In this document: piece by piece, positions 37,116-49,504 of the stretch
Layout: each line of letters begins with the position of its first letter
Position numbering within the stretch: position 1 is the stretch's first letter
Source: Octopus sinensis
Lineage: Eukaryota
DNA length: 64,000 nt
Direction: 5' to 3'
NCBI RefSeq assembly: GCF_006345805.1
Contig: NC_043017.1
Coordinates: 17,794,001 to 17,858,000 of the forward strand
Translations under genes and position numbers: made by a program
The notes under the pieces: generated by a model
The model's database searches: none
The model's input: only the letters and a program-made list of their open reading frames with translations
What the model was told of the DNA's origin: nothing

Positions 37116-38290
37116 TTAGCATGTCCTACAACATCATTATTCATTTAGTTAATACCAGGTATCAGTCTTTATAGATATAAGCTAATTAAGTAAATAAACA
37201 ACTTTTAGTTTTAAATACTTGAATTATTATACATTTTCTATAAGTCTTCTCGATTGATGTTACTGAGCTGTATATATACTTCATCATGGTTTTTAGTGAT
37301 TAAGCTATTTTATTCCTTTTCTATGGTGTTCTACCCTAATACTTTTTAATACTTTATAACTGCCTTTAGATAAACCTAAATTTTTGTACCCCTGTAAATT
37401 CGTACTTAGCTTATATAAAACGATATGGGTATCTTCACAACTTAAAATTAAACTGCTTAGATTATAATTTAATTAATATATAGTTAATTTGTTCTTTCAC
37501 CTCAATGCTAAATTTTCTTGATAACCCTAAATTTTAACTTTATACAATCTTTATACATGTAGCCCTTCTAGTTAAATACCCCTAAGAAACTGTAATATCA
37601 TGTACAAATTAACACTAAAAACTTTTAAAACCTATATTATACCTCTTAATTTAAAATTAGTATATAATTAGCATGTCCTATAACATCAATATTCCTTTAA
37701 CTAATACTAGGTATCAGTCTTGATTGAAATAAGCCAAATAAGTAAATAAAACAACTTTTAGTTTATAATACTTAAATTATTATACTTTTTCTATAAATCT
37801 TCTCTATTGATGTTAATAAGATATATATACTTTATTATGGTTTTAGTGGTTGCGCTATCTTTATTCCTTTTCTATGGTGTTCTACCCTACCTGATCATTT
37901 TATGATAGCTTTTATTTATTTATAAAATAAATCTAATTTTTGTATCTCTATAAATTCATACTTAGCTTATATAAAACAATAAAATAAACTGCTTAGATTA
38001 TAATTTAATTAATATATAGTTAGCATTGTTCTTTTGCCTCAGTACTCCTTTATTAAATACCAGTAAATACCAATTGATCAATCTTCAAAGATAACCATCT
38101 GATAAGTTAGTATTTAAGTATATAATATGTATAAATATTAAACTATTTCCAGATAATTTCTTTTCCTCCGTCTTGTAGTAAAAGTTTGGTATATACTCAA
38201 AAGTATTCAAAAATGCTTTTTATCCTTTTGTTATAATATTCTTCTTAATAATCTTCTGAATAATCCTAAACTTTAACTTTATACAATATG
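37116..38290. repeat. Diverged AT-rich tandem duplication, about 550-bp unit
   Basis: TTAGCATGTCCTA(C/T)AACATCA...TTATTCCTTTTCTATGGTGTTCTACCCTA...TAAACTGCTTAGATTATAATTTAATTAATATATAGTTA occurs twice (from about 37116 and 37668). Confidence 0.85.
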
Positions 38291-38928
38291 ACAATATTGT
38301 TTAAAATATTTTACTATAGTACCATATGGTAAGATTTCTCCTGTTTCATTATCAATGGTCTACTATTGACTTGTCCCTTTAATTGTCAGCTAACATCTTG
38401 ATTTAAGATTTCCTTTACCAAAGCTCATTATATTGCTTCAAATAAATCTTGATAGTTTTTATGACTATACCCACTGTGATTTCTGTTGTCTCTCTCAGCC
38501 CCCTTCCTAGCAGGCACTACTCCTTGTTCTTTTGGACCCCATAAAACAGCGACAAGCAAAATCTGCAACAAGTCTTTCTTCCTGATACCTTAGTAGCTTC
38601 TAAGCTGAAGTGAAGACAGCATGTTCTTTGTCTATCTCTTTACCTTCTTGGAGATTTTGGGTAAAATTATACTAATGTGTCCATCTGCTTTAACTTAATT
38701 AAATTCTATGTCTTTATACAGCTGAGGATTGCTCTGCATTTAAATTGATGTAATGATTGCATTGTTCAATTAAATGGAGTTGCTTAAAACAATCGTACTG
38801 CATTACCTCTGGATATCCTTGTTGCTTATTTTGATTTTAATCACTTTATTTTGAAATTGTATGGATAATACCGTACTAAATTCTGGTATCGTGTTTCGAT
38901 TGCATATTCATCTGAATATATATATGTG

Positions 38929-38961
<33 letters not shown>

Positions 38962-38962
<1 letters not shown>

Positions 38963-39264
38963 GAGGCGCAATGGCCCAGTGGTTAGGGCAGCGGACTCAC
39001 GGTCGTAGGATCACGGTTTTGATTCCCAGACCAGGCGTTGTGAGTGTTTATTGAGCAAAAACACCTAAAAGCTCCACGGCGCTCCGGCAGGGGGTGGTGA
39101 TCCCTGGTGTACTCTTTCACCACTCTTTCTCCCACTCTTTCTTCTGTTGGCCTGCTTGCTTAGCCAGCAGGGTGGCGTCATTCAAAGGCAAAAACAATGC
39201 GAACGCATTGTGACCAGCGATGTGTAACAACATCTGATAGTCTGGTCGGTCACGTGATGGTGAT
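38962..39264 (+). mobile_element. tRNA-derived SINE with RTE-derived tail (family D)
   Basis: Head GGAGGCGCAATGGCCCAGTGGTTAGG (A box) ... GGTTTTGATTCCC (B box-like); second copy at 58361-58588 on the minus strand. Confidence 0.88.
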
Positions 39265-39266
39265 AT

Positions 39267-39309
<43 letters not shown>

Positions 39310-40323
39310 AGAGGAGGGATATGATATCCAGGCAGATACTAAATTTCTCTTAGTAAAATACCAAGGCTGGTTCCTTCAGATGGTGCTTTCTTTTTTGGTA
39401 GACTTCCTTTAGCTCCCATCCAATGTTACAATTTATTTCTTGGCTACTTAGCTTGTAAAGTACAATATTGATAATAAGGAGAATGAAGAATTTGAACCTT
39501 CAGACTCTATGTTTATTTCCAGTTAATTTATTCATAATAATTGTCTGACACGTGTTTCGATTGCATTAACTGCATATTGTTGCATATTTATATGCAGCGA
39601 TTTATGCATTATTTGTACGATCTCTTCAGGTTATATAAGTATGACATTATTTGAAGAGGAATTTTCCTCTGCTATTAGTTTGAATTAGGCTTGATAGTAG
39701 TTATTAGTAAGTAATGGCATTCTTCAATGAGCTGCTTTTCTCAACTGAATTTTTGGGTAACATTTGGCAGTAGTAGCAGCAGTGTTTGTTGAAGTTGGCA
39801 GATTTTCTTGGCTAGTTGGAGAATGGTTATTTATAGAATACAATTTTTTTTTATTGATTCTACATACTTTATAGTCACATGGCTTTTTGATGGATTTCAG
39901 AAGTGATATTATTTGAATTTTTGTGAAGGTTATTAATAGTAGAAGTGGATAATTACTAGGCAGTAAGAACCATGTGGTTATTAAAAGAAGTAGTCAGTTG
40001 TATTTTAAATTCTTATAACTTATTATTATTGCTTTAAAGTGTGTTTTTAGGTTATATTATATATAATCTTATAAGTTGAATTCTGTTCTTATATTCTTCA
40101 AATGCTTCTTAATTATTATAGTTATTATAGTTACATTTGTAGAAAAAAAAAATTATTGCAATAATATAAATCAATGCATTCTATTATTTAAATTTTTTAA
40201 AAAGAAAACATTGTTTGTGTAAGCAATTAAAACTTCTTTCTTGTCTAGTATTAACTAATTTATTTTTTGAAGTAAATATTTGGTATAATTCCTCCATATA
40301 TATAAAATAACTACTTGGCTTAA

Positions 40324-40522
40324 CCCTTTATTTAGTGTTCAGATTACTCTGTTAAATGTAATATTTTATTACTCAAATTGGTTTGAATTAGCCATGCATT
40401 ATCTTACAGCTTTGAGGTTTCATTGATGTGATTGTTTATTTTTAGAATGTCAATGTAGGTTAGGTGTGAGAGGTCAGATACTGCCAGTTTGAATATAAAA
40501 CATACAGAATATTTGGGCTGGG
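40324..40522 (-). mobile_element. Diverged piggyBac-type MITE (same family as 15110)
   Basis: TTAA-CCCTTT...GGG-TTAA; internal GCCATGCATTATCTT and GGTTAGGTGTGAGAGG are antisense to the other copies. Confidence 0.65.
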
Positions 40523-40662
40523 TTAAAAGAAGTACTGGGGTTGATTTGTTTGACTAAGAATTCTTCAAGGTGGTGTCCAAGAATGGCTACAGTCCAGTGA
40601 CTGAGACAAGTGGAAATATCTGTCTTTATTTGTCTGGCTTGACTTTGGTTAACAATAAATTA

Positions 40663-41080
40663 AGGCGGTGAGCTGGCAGAACCTTTAGCACGCTAGGCGA
40701 AATGCTTAACAGTATTTCATCTACCGTTACGTTCTGAGTTCAAATTCTGCCAAGGTCAACTTTGCCTTTCATCCTTTCGGGGTCGATTAAAGAAGTACCA
40801 GTTACGCACTGGGGTCGATATAATCGACTTAATCCGTCTGTCTGTCCTTGTTTTTCCTCTCTGAGTTTAGCCCTTTGTGGGTAGTAAAGAAATAGGTATT
40901 TTGTCTGTCTTTACATTCTGAGTTCAAACTCCCTCAAGGTCGACTTTGCCTTTCATCCTTTCGGGGTCAATTAAAGAAGTACCAGTTACGCACTGGGGTC
41001 GATATAATCGACTTAATCCGTCTGTCTGTCCTTGTTTGTCCTCTCTGTGTTTAGCCCCTTGTGGGTAGTAAAGAAATAGG
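40663..41080 (+). mobile_element. Family A SINE tandem dimer
   Basis: Second unit starts at GGTATTTTGTCTG at about 40896. Confidence 0.88.
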
Positions 41081-41295
41081 TCTGTTGAATCAAATTAGTT
41101 CACTTCATAATTTTATTCTCCCCCATTTCACTATTACTCTGCCCCCCCCCCGCCAAATGATGACAAACATTTTTCTTATCCTGTCCTGCCTTTTCCAGAC
41201 AATATACACCCATAGTGTTTTTTACTTTTTATTTCTTTGCTTTTGAGATCAAAATGTGTCTCAGGGAGAACTGGTTACTTTTTTGTACAATTATA

Positions 41296-41526
41296 TATTT
41301 CTTTACTGCCCATAAGGGGCTAAACATAGAGGGGACAAACAAGGACAGACAAAGGGATTAAGTTGATTACATCAACCCCAGTGCGTAACTGGTACTTAAT
41401 TTATCAACCCCGAAAGGATGAAAGGCAAAGTCGACCTCGGCGGAATTTGAACTCAGAACGTAACGACAGACGAAATACGGCTACGCATTTCACCCAGCGC
41501 GTTAACGCTTCTGCCAGCTCGCCGCC
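41296..41526 (-). mobile_element. Family A SINE with 17-bp TSD
   Basis: TSD TTTTTTGTACAATTATA on both sides. Confidence 0.9.
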
Positions 41527-43255
41527 TTTTTTGTACAATTATAGGTTCCCAAATTTCATTGGCGTTGTTGCTATTGTTTCAGCCCCTAGCCAACTTTGAT
41601 CAAACAAACCTATCTCTGATCTAAAATATTCCAAGTATGATCATGTTTTTCTCCAGAAATAGTGTGCTTCGTTTGAAACAATAAGGTGTGATTTGGTTGC
41701 TATTCCTAGCAGATTAAGTAACCAAGTAGAGGCTCTCTTTGATTCTCTTAGTGCTGCTGTAGCCATTTAAACCGTTTCTGTTTAACTTTAGGTCAGCCTG
41801 AATCCAATTGACCTATAATCAATGACATTAGTCATAACGATATTATTTTGTGTGTCCTTCCCTTTAAGGCACTAGTGTGTAGTTTGAAGGAGATTTAGTT
41901 GCTATTTCAAGCAGGGTTAGCTACCGCGTATAGAAGCTTCATGTCGTTGTTGTTGTTGTTGCTGTTGTAGGTGCGTCATCTGCAGCCTACTATGGTTGTT
42001 GTTGCAGTGAAGTGTGTGAAGACACCTGGACACTCCTGACATTAATTTACCTCCGGTCTTCAGTTGTGGCACTGCAACCCCACCACCACCACCACAACCA
42101 CTGATCCCCATCCTCCGGTCTTTCATTTTAACTAGGAGTTCACTGAGTATAGATGGTGTGTGTGTGTGAGAAAGAAAGGGGGTTAAGGGACAAAAGAAGA
42201 CAGAGATAGAGACAAAAATAAAAAGGAAAGGGAGCAAATGAATGAAAGAGAGTTTTTTTTTAAAAAAAACAAATCTAAAGGGCAACTCCCTCCCCCACCT
42301 CTCTCCTTCAAGAAAAGAAATCTCCATTTTGTCCAGTTGCCTTGACGACAACAATGTTAAGTTGCAGCAGTTTGCTGATCTTGTGAAATAATTGTATCGA
42401 CCATTGTTGTTGTTGTTGTTGTTGCTAATTCCTACAGAACCAGTTGCTGTTGTTGTTTAACCCTTGGCCATCCCTGATTCAACAGGTCTACAATAAAAGA
42501 CATTTCGACCGTGACCACCCCCTCTTTTTTTTTTGTTCTGTGTACTGGGAGAGTTGATGTCTTCTAAGACAAGTGAGCTGGTGTGATATGAAAGGAGATT
42601 TGGCTGTTGTTTCTTGCAGACCAAGCAACCATGTCAAGACTATATGCTTGTATTTGTTGTTGGTAGCGGCTGGGGTGGTGGTGGTGGCGTGAAATTGCTG
42701 CATCAGATGTTGTTCGTTATTTATTGTGGATTGATGCAATTGTTGTTGTTGTCGCTGCAGCAAATATTTTTCGTTATTGATATAGCTGCTACTGCTGCGG
42801 CTTGTGACATTTATCTAGTGCACATTTTACTGTCTGCTGCTGCAGTGTTTGTTGATGTTGTGAGCAGGTAGGTTCATAGAATAATACATGAATATATGTG
42901 TATATATATGTCTGTGTATGTCTATATACGAATGTATGTAACAGATATATATGTGTCTCTGTGTGTGTGTGAGTGTGTGATTGTCACCGACGTTTTACAC
43001 CTGCTTTCTGTGCTAGCAAGGGTTGGACACTTTGGCAGAACTTGTGTTGGAGGATCATGTCTTGCTTTGATGCCGTGGTTTTGGCACAGTTTCTGCAGCT
43101 CTATGTACTTTCCAACACCAGCCACTTCATAGAGTGGACTTGATACCATTTTTAGTAGAATCAGCACTATACATCTTGGTTATGTGTGTGTGTGTGCGCG
43201 CACATCTCCCCCCTCTCTCTCTCTCTTTTCTCTTTCTATCTCTCTCTTTTCTCTT

Positions 43256-43289
<34 letters not shown>

Positions 43290-44162
43290 TACATATACAT
43301 ATATGCACTCTGTGTATTTATAGGAAGCTTTTTAAAAAAAACCTGTGCATCACCGACAGATAAAGGACTCAATATAGATATAGTTTCTATATTTTATTGA
43401 AATGAAAAACAAAATGACAGGGACTTGGAAACAGCCGCTCCACTGATGAGTGGTTTCCTACAAAAATTATAAAATTTCCTCTTTCATATGAATATCATCT
43501 TCATCATCATGACCATCATCATTCTAATGTTTACTTTTTCATCTTCCCATGGGTCAGAAGAATTGATTGAGTCAGATATTCTGCAGCCAGATGCTCTTTA
43601 TGTTGCTAGCCCTCACCTGTTTCCAAGCGAAGTAGTATTTCAGACATGTTCAGGCATGTTGTTATGGAAGATTCACAATGTGCGACACTGCTTGTATGAT
43701 TGTGACACTCATTTACATCTCTTGTGCAATGTCAAGACAAGGGGCCATAAACATGCATGTCTACCAAATCCACACACAAGGCTTTGGTTAGCTTTAGGCT
43801 ATAGAAGAATATGCTTGCCGACGAACATGCCATGCAGTGGGACTGAACTTGGAACTATATAATTGGGAAGTGACTTCTTAATCACACAGCCATATATCAG
43901 TTTATTTGTTTTACACCCATTTTTCCATTCTAGCATGTGTTGGATGTATACATGTTATCAAGCTATTGTTTTTAAGCACTGGATGCCTTTCCTGTTGCTA
44001 ACCCTTACCTGTGTTTCAAGTAAGGGAGGTTTTATTCTATACATCTTTGAAAGTACAGAGATACTGGATGACTTGTTGACAGGGAAACGACAACAAACTT
44101 ACTTCAGTGCTTATAGCTCAGTACAGAAGATAAACATTTGCACATACATGCATGTGCACATA

Positions 44163-44960
44163 CAGGGTGCTTGGGCTAAATTTGATAGTTTGCATGAAAT
44201 GAAGAGAAAACACAATATCCCATCAAAAAATAAAAGTATTTCAAAACATAAAAGAATATAAACTTGACTATGCCTGGGAGATAATGGTTTACTCAAAGTA
44301 GCCACCCTGAGCTTTCACCATGGCCTCAAGATGGCGCTGGAACCTGGCACATGTGTTCCATACCATTTCCCTGGGAAATGGTATGGATCTTGATCTTGGC
44401 TACCACTTAACCTTGGTGTTCCGGGCAGAGGGAATGGTGTCTCTCAACCACACACCACACATATTAATCCATTGGATTACAATCCTGGGAATTAGAAAAC
44501 CAGAAATTGGGGCTAGTGAAGTCATAGAAACTCTCTGAAAACCACTTCTAACTCTTTCTGAAGGTATGACAAAGAGCTGAATCCTGCTGCTGAACATATG
44601 GCTTTCCTACAGCAACCCTCTCCAGCCAGGGATTGACTTCAGCTTCACATAGCCATCTGAATTGAGCTTAACCCTTTAGCATTTAAACCGGCCATGTCCG
44701 GCCAAAAGTATTCTGCCTGTTTTATGTTCAAACAGGCCAGATCTGGTCTCTCACACCAACCCTACAATATCTTTTAAAAAATTAACAGCTACCTCATCAA
44801 AATCTCCTAGCTACAAAATAATGCATGATTAATTCAAAACAATGTGGATGAAAAAGCATTAATTTGGGCAGAATAATACAAACACTAAAGGGTTAAAGCT
44901 CTGTTCAAAGATGTGAGGGTGAACTCTGACATGCAAAATACAGTCCTCTTTATCAGCTAA
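44163..44960 (-). pseudogene. Tc1/mariner DD37D (maT-like) transposase C-terminal remnant with one TIR
   Basis: HPHIFEQS[MITE]LKLNSDGYV..NPWLERVA..QQDSALCHT..FYDFTSPNFW..NSQDCNPMD*YVW..RFQRHLEAMV.AQGGYFE*; TIR TACAGGGTGC at 44161. Confidence 0.78.
44672..44892 (+). mobile_element. piggyBac-type MITE nested in the maT remnant
   Basis: TTAA TSDs at 44668-44671 and 44893-44896; near-identical to 15110-15330. Confidence 0.9.
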
Positions 44961-45091
44961 CTTTTTCTCAACTACATAATCCTTTCTCATAATCTTTTTG
45001 TTCTCCAATGGTGTTGACTGTTTACCAATATTCAAGCTGTTCCTGAAAAAGAAGACAAAACATGGTTGAATATGACATGAACACTCAATTC

Positions 45092-45420
45092 ATCATCATC
45101 ATCATCATCATCATTTAACGTCCGCTTTCCATGCTGGCATGGGTTGGACGATTTGATTGAGCTCTTCCGAACCACATGGCTGCACCAGACTCCAATCTGA
45201 TTTGGCAGAGTTTCCACAGCTGGATGCCCTCCCTAACACCAACCACTCCGAGAGTGTAGTGGGTGCTTTTACGTGCCGCCAGCACGAGGGCCAGTCAGGC
45301 AGTACTGGCAACGGCCACGCTCAAATGGTGTCTTTTTATGTGCCACCTGCACAGGAGCCAGTCCAGCAGCACTGGCAACGAGCTCGCTCGAATGTTTTTC
45401 ATGTGCCACCAGCACAAGTG
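45092..45420 (-). mobile_element. Family C element
   Basis: (CAT)n then TTTAACGTCCG..GGGTTGGACG..CTGGATGCCC..; the 5' part is made of about 60-bp tandem units TTTT(A)TGTGCCACC.GCAC. Confidence 0.82.
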
Positions 45421-46641
45421 CTAAAAAAGATGTTCAATTTATTATAAAGAATGCTAATTAAATACAGGAAATCAATTATTCAAAAATTCAAATATTTTGA
45501 TGTTTGATGAACATAATTCCTCAAATTTTTTGAATTCAGTATATTAACTATGACCATGTTAAACAACACAGACCATTTTGAATGCCAAAAGGCATTACAT
45601 TGAGTGAAATTAAAGGCAAAATTATTCTTGCTTTGCATATAGAATGGGGACAAAATCACTTTAAGATGTGTTGATTGTTTACACTGGTTTGTGGCAATGT
45701 TTTACTCTTGGTGGTTAAACTAACTCTTAAAAAGTTATTTTATCTCAAAATTTGGACACTGATAAAAAAAATAAGCTTACACTTGAACAGAAACAGTATC
45801 AACAATGACATAGAAATAATCTTTGTTATTTTCACAAATAGCATGTGTGGCTAAGAACACCCAAGTCAGTTGACTTAAATAGTAGAACTCTACTGTAGTA
45901 CATACCTAAGATGTATATGTATGCGTGCATGCAGTGTGATTATATTAAGTATGCATAAGTCTGTATATGTGTGTGTGTGCGTGTGTATGTGTGTGTGCAT
46001 GCATGTTTAGATGTGTGTGCGTGTGTGTATATGTATATATATATATATATATATTAAAATTTATTGTTTTAATCTTCATAGGCATTCTTAATATTAAGGT
46101 GAACAAGGTAGGTACACAAACACACATATACACACAGATATATATGTATACACATATGCGTATATGCAGTTGATTCATTTGATCCTGACATATGACTGGT
46201 ATTAGACAGCAGAGGGTAGAAAGATGTTGTTAGCTGGTTTAATGCTAAAGAGTTAAAGGTATTTCTGCTATGGCTACTGTATAAAGTTTACAAGAGGATT
46301 GGATTATCCAATGTGACCTTGTTAAGACAGTAGGTTGTAATTTGAAGGAGATTTGGCTGTTATTTTTCACATGCCTAGCAACTGCATTGAAGCCTCTCCC
46401 TCTTTGATCTCATATGCTGAAAGTTCAAACTCCAGCCTTGTCTACTTCTGAAAATAGATCCACGAAAATGTGTGTTGGCTAATTTTAATAATTAATTCTG
46501 GAATTGGGATGTTTTAATCTTAACTTTGTAATGATAATGAGAAACTAAATTGATAAAGCTATTTTTAACTGAAAATAAGTTTTGACCTTGTGGAGAGAGA
46601 GAATCCTGGTAGTGGTGACAGCATTGGTGATGGTATTAGAA

Positions 46642-46872
46642 GGCGGCGAGCTGGCAGAAACGTTAGCACACTGGGTGAAATGCTCAGCAGTATTTCGTCT
46701 GCCGTTATGTTCTGAGTTCAAATTCCGCCGAGGTCGACTTTGCCTTTCCTCCTTTCGGGGTCAATAAATTAAGTACCAGTTATGCACTGGGGTCGATATA
46801 ATCGACTTAATCCGCGTGTCTGTCCTTGTTTGTCCCCTCTATGTTTAGCCCCTTGTGGGTAATAAAGAAACA
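46642..46872 (+). mobile_element. Family A SINE
   Basis: Full consensus match; TSD GATGGTATTA. Confidence 0.9.
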
Positions 46873-46967
46873 GATGGTATTAAAATCATTGCAGTATTTG
46901 TGGTAAAGTCTAACCCTATTACTAACTACACACAGTGTTCTCTGTGTTTCAAGTTAACTTTTTTTAT

Positions 46968-47500
46968 CTTTTACTTGTTTCAGTCATCAGTCTGCCACCA
47001 TACTGGGCTAGGACACTTCTAGCTGAATGGATCAACCCTAACCCTTATTTTTATTTTAAGTCTGGTACTTATTCTATCAGTCTCTTTTTGCCAAACCACC
47101 AAGTTACAAGGACATAAACATATCAACACTGGCAGAAACATTAGCACGCTGGGCAAAATGCGTAGCCGTATTTCGTCTGCCGTTACGTTCTGAGTTCAAA
47201 TTCCGCCGAGATCGACTTTGCCTTTCATCCTTTCGGGGTCGATAAATTAAGTACCAGTTACGCACTGGGGTTGATGTAATTGATTTATTCCGTTTGTCTG
47301 TCCTTGTTTGTTCCCTCTGTGTTTAGCCCCTTGTGGGTAGTAAAGAAATAGGTGGGACACACACAACGGGCTTTTTTCAGTTTCCATCTACCAAATTCAC
47401 TCACAGGGCTTTAGTTGGCCCAAGATGACACTAACCCAAAGTGCCATGCAGTGGGACTGAACCTGGAACCATGTGGTTGGGAAGTAAACTTATCACTTAG
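46968..47500 (-). mobile_element. Old family B SINE split by a family A SINE (47129-47352, plus strand)
   Basis: The 3' half of family B precedes, and its 5' half follows, a young family A copy. Confidence 0.8.
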
Positions 47501-48671
47501 CTACGCCTGTGAACATTTTGAAATTTGTTTTCTTTCAATCATTGGAACTGTACCTCCTACATCACTATTTTGTCCTCACCCTACCTCCATCATTCCCACA
47601 CTGAAATTACTTTTTTCTTACCACAATTTTCTACAATTCCCCCAGCCTAGATATCTCCCCTGCATGTAATTGTCCACCCTCCAATGACCACTGTCCTGCA
47701 AAAATACAAATCTATTCATGATATCCCCTCTCCAAAAATTTCATCAGCTTGTTTCAAAAATAATTGTTGGGCTTTGTCCATCTATCAGAGGGTTGGTATT
47801 TTTGTTTAGCCACATGTTATATGTAAGTAAACATATGATCAAAGACTTTCGAGTGATGACCAACCTGTCAGTTTGGAAATAAGTGCTAACAATATCTCAT
47901 GTATACTTTGTTTTTTAAGCCAGTATGGTGTGACTTTATCGAGATTTGGCTGCTATTTTTAGCAGACTGAGTGACCATGCAAAGACATACTTGTCGGTTC
48001 ATATTGTTATTGTTTCTGTGTAGTTGGCACTGATCAAACTGTTCTACAACAAACAGAAAGTCAAACAACTAGGCCACCCACACCAGTTTTATCCAGTTCT
48101 CTCATGTCTTTACTGGACTGACGATGAAATGGTACACTCCAGCATACAGTTAGGAATCATATAGAGCAGTGGTGGTGGTCATGGTGACCTGTATCCTCTT
48201 TTCCTAAAGTCTACAGCCTTATTGGGCTGGGGCTTATCCCAATATTTTAAGCATTAACTGATTTATACAAAACAACCACTTGACTGGATGCTGGGTTAAC
48301 TAACCCATCCTCCTTAGCTGCCTTTCATTTTCATTTGAATAGACTGAAGCAGCTTGAGATGAAGTGCTTTGCTCAAGGACACCTGCATGGAAATTGAATG
48401 TGTGATCATAGGTCAAACATTCTAACCACTTTGCCATATTTCAAAGAAATAAAAACAAACCTGCTCAGTTCTAATAGGGTTAAGTACTACTTAGCTGATT
48501 AATTCCTCCTGGAGAGGAAGACAATCCTTCACAATTTCATCCACAAGAAATAGCAGCTAAATGTCTCTCAAATTACACATTAGATACACTGGATAATGTA
48601 GACACTGTGTTTGAAACGCAGATGGAATGGTCTTGGTTAGAGCTTCTTTGATGGTAGGTCTGTTGAATCAA

Positions 48672-48900
48672 GGCAGCGAGCTGGCAGAAACGTTAGCACG
48701 CCGGGCGAAATGCTTAGCGGTATTTCGTCTGCCGTTATGTTGTGAGTTCAAATTCCGCCAAGGTCGACTTTGCCTTTCATCCTTTTGGGGTCGATAAATT
48801 AAGTACCAGTTACGCACTGAGGTCGATGTAATCGACTTAATACTTATGTCTGTCCTTGTTTGTCCCCTCTGTGTTTAGCCCCTTGTCGGTAATAAAGAAA
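48672..48900 (+). mobile_element. Family A SINE with 19-bp TSD
   Basis: TSD TAGGTCTGTTGAATCAAGG at 48655-48673 and 48901-48919. Confidence 0.92.
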
Positions 48901-49504
48901 TAGGTCTGTTGAATCAAGGTTGACTTGAGGTCAGCAAACACATCAAAAATTATTGCCATCTGTATTACTATGGGGTTGCTCAACCAGTTAGAAATAATAG
49001 CCAGTAACCTTTAATCATAAGTCTTCGTTCATAATTAGGGTGAATGACATGGACAAAGGTAACCTTCACAAGACTCCTGATAACTGTGCTGAAAAGATAC
49101 ATGACCTGTATAACTGGAATGTCAACCATAAGTACTTACGTTTAAGTCCCAGCATGGGAGGCAAGTTGTATTGTAGGGTAAAGTACTTGATGGTCCATTC
49201 CATTCAGCTAACACATATCTGTTTCAGATTGACAGAACAGCCAACAAGACACAGAAATAAATGGAGTTTGTGTGTCCTTGTTGACAGTCTCAGTGATAAT
49301 ATTGGACATTGACTATAGTGGTGGTAGAGAAGATTGTTTATCTCTGAGTGAATATGTGATTACTGTTACTACACACACGCACATCTGTATATATGTGAAA
49401 AAATTGGTACAGAGAAAATTATATCTTCATTATAGATTTCACCTTATAAATCCAACAATTGTTTCTATTGCATTAACATACATATATGTGTGTGTGTGTG
49501 TATA

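Noticed and set aside
38962-39035. tRNA-like sequence (also the heads of families A and B)
   Set aside because: A/B boxes are present, but the sequence continues into SINE bodies and does not close a full cloverleaf.
37116-40300. Possible NUMT because of extreme AT content
   Set aside because: No recognisable mitochondrial gene, tRNA or rRNA motif.
41917-43167. Gln/Gly-rich and MVSSPLYEVAG.. ORFs suggesting a minus-strand gene
   Set aside because: Frames are broken by stops, include the dispersed GGAGATTTGG motif and degenerate CAA/GTT tracts, and lack consistent splice sites. Not excluded as UTR or exon, but unsupported.
45582-45660. MPKGITLSEIKGKIILALH, resembling a Tc1 transposase N-terminus
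   Set aside because: Too short and without TIR or downstream domains; chance similarity is possible.
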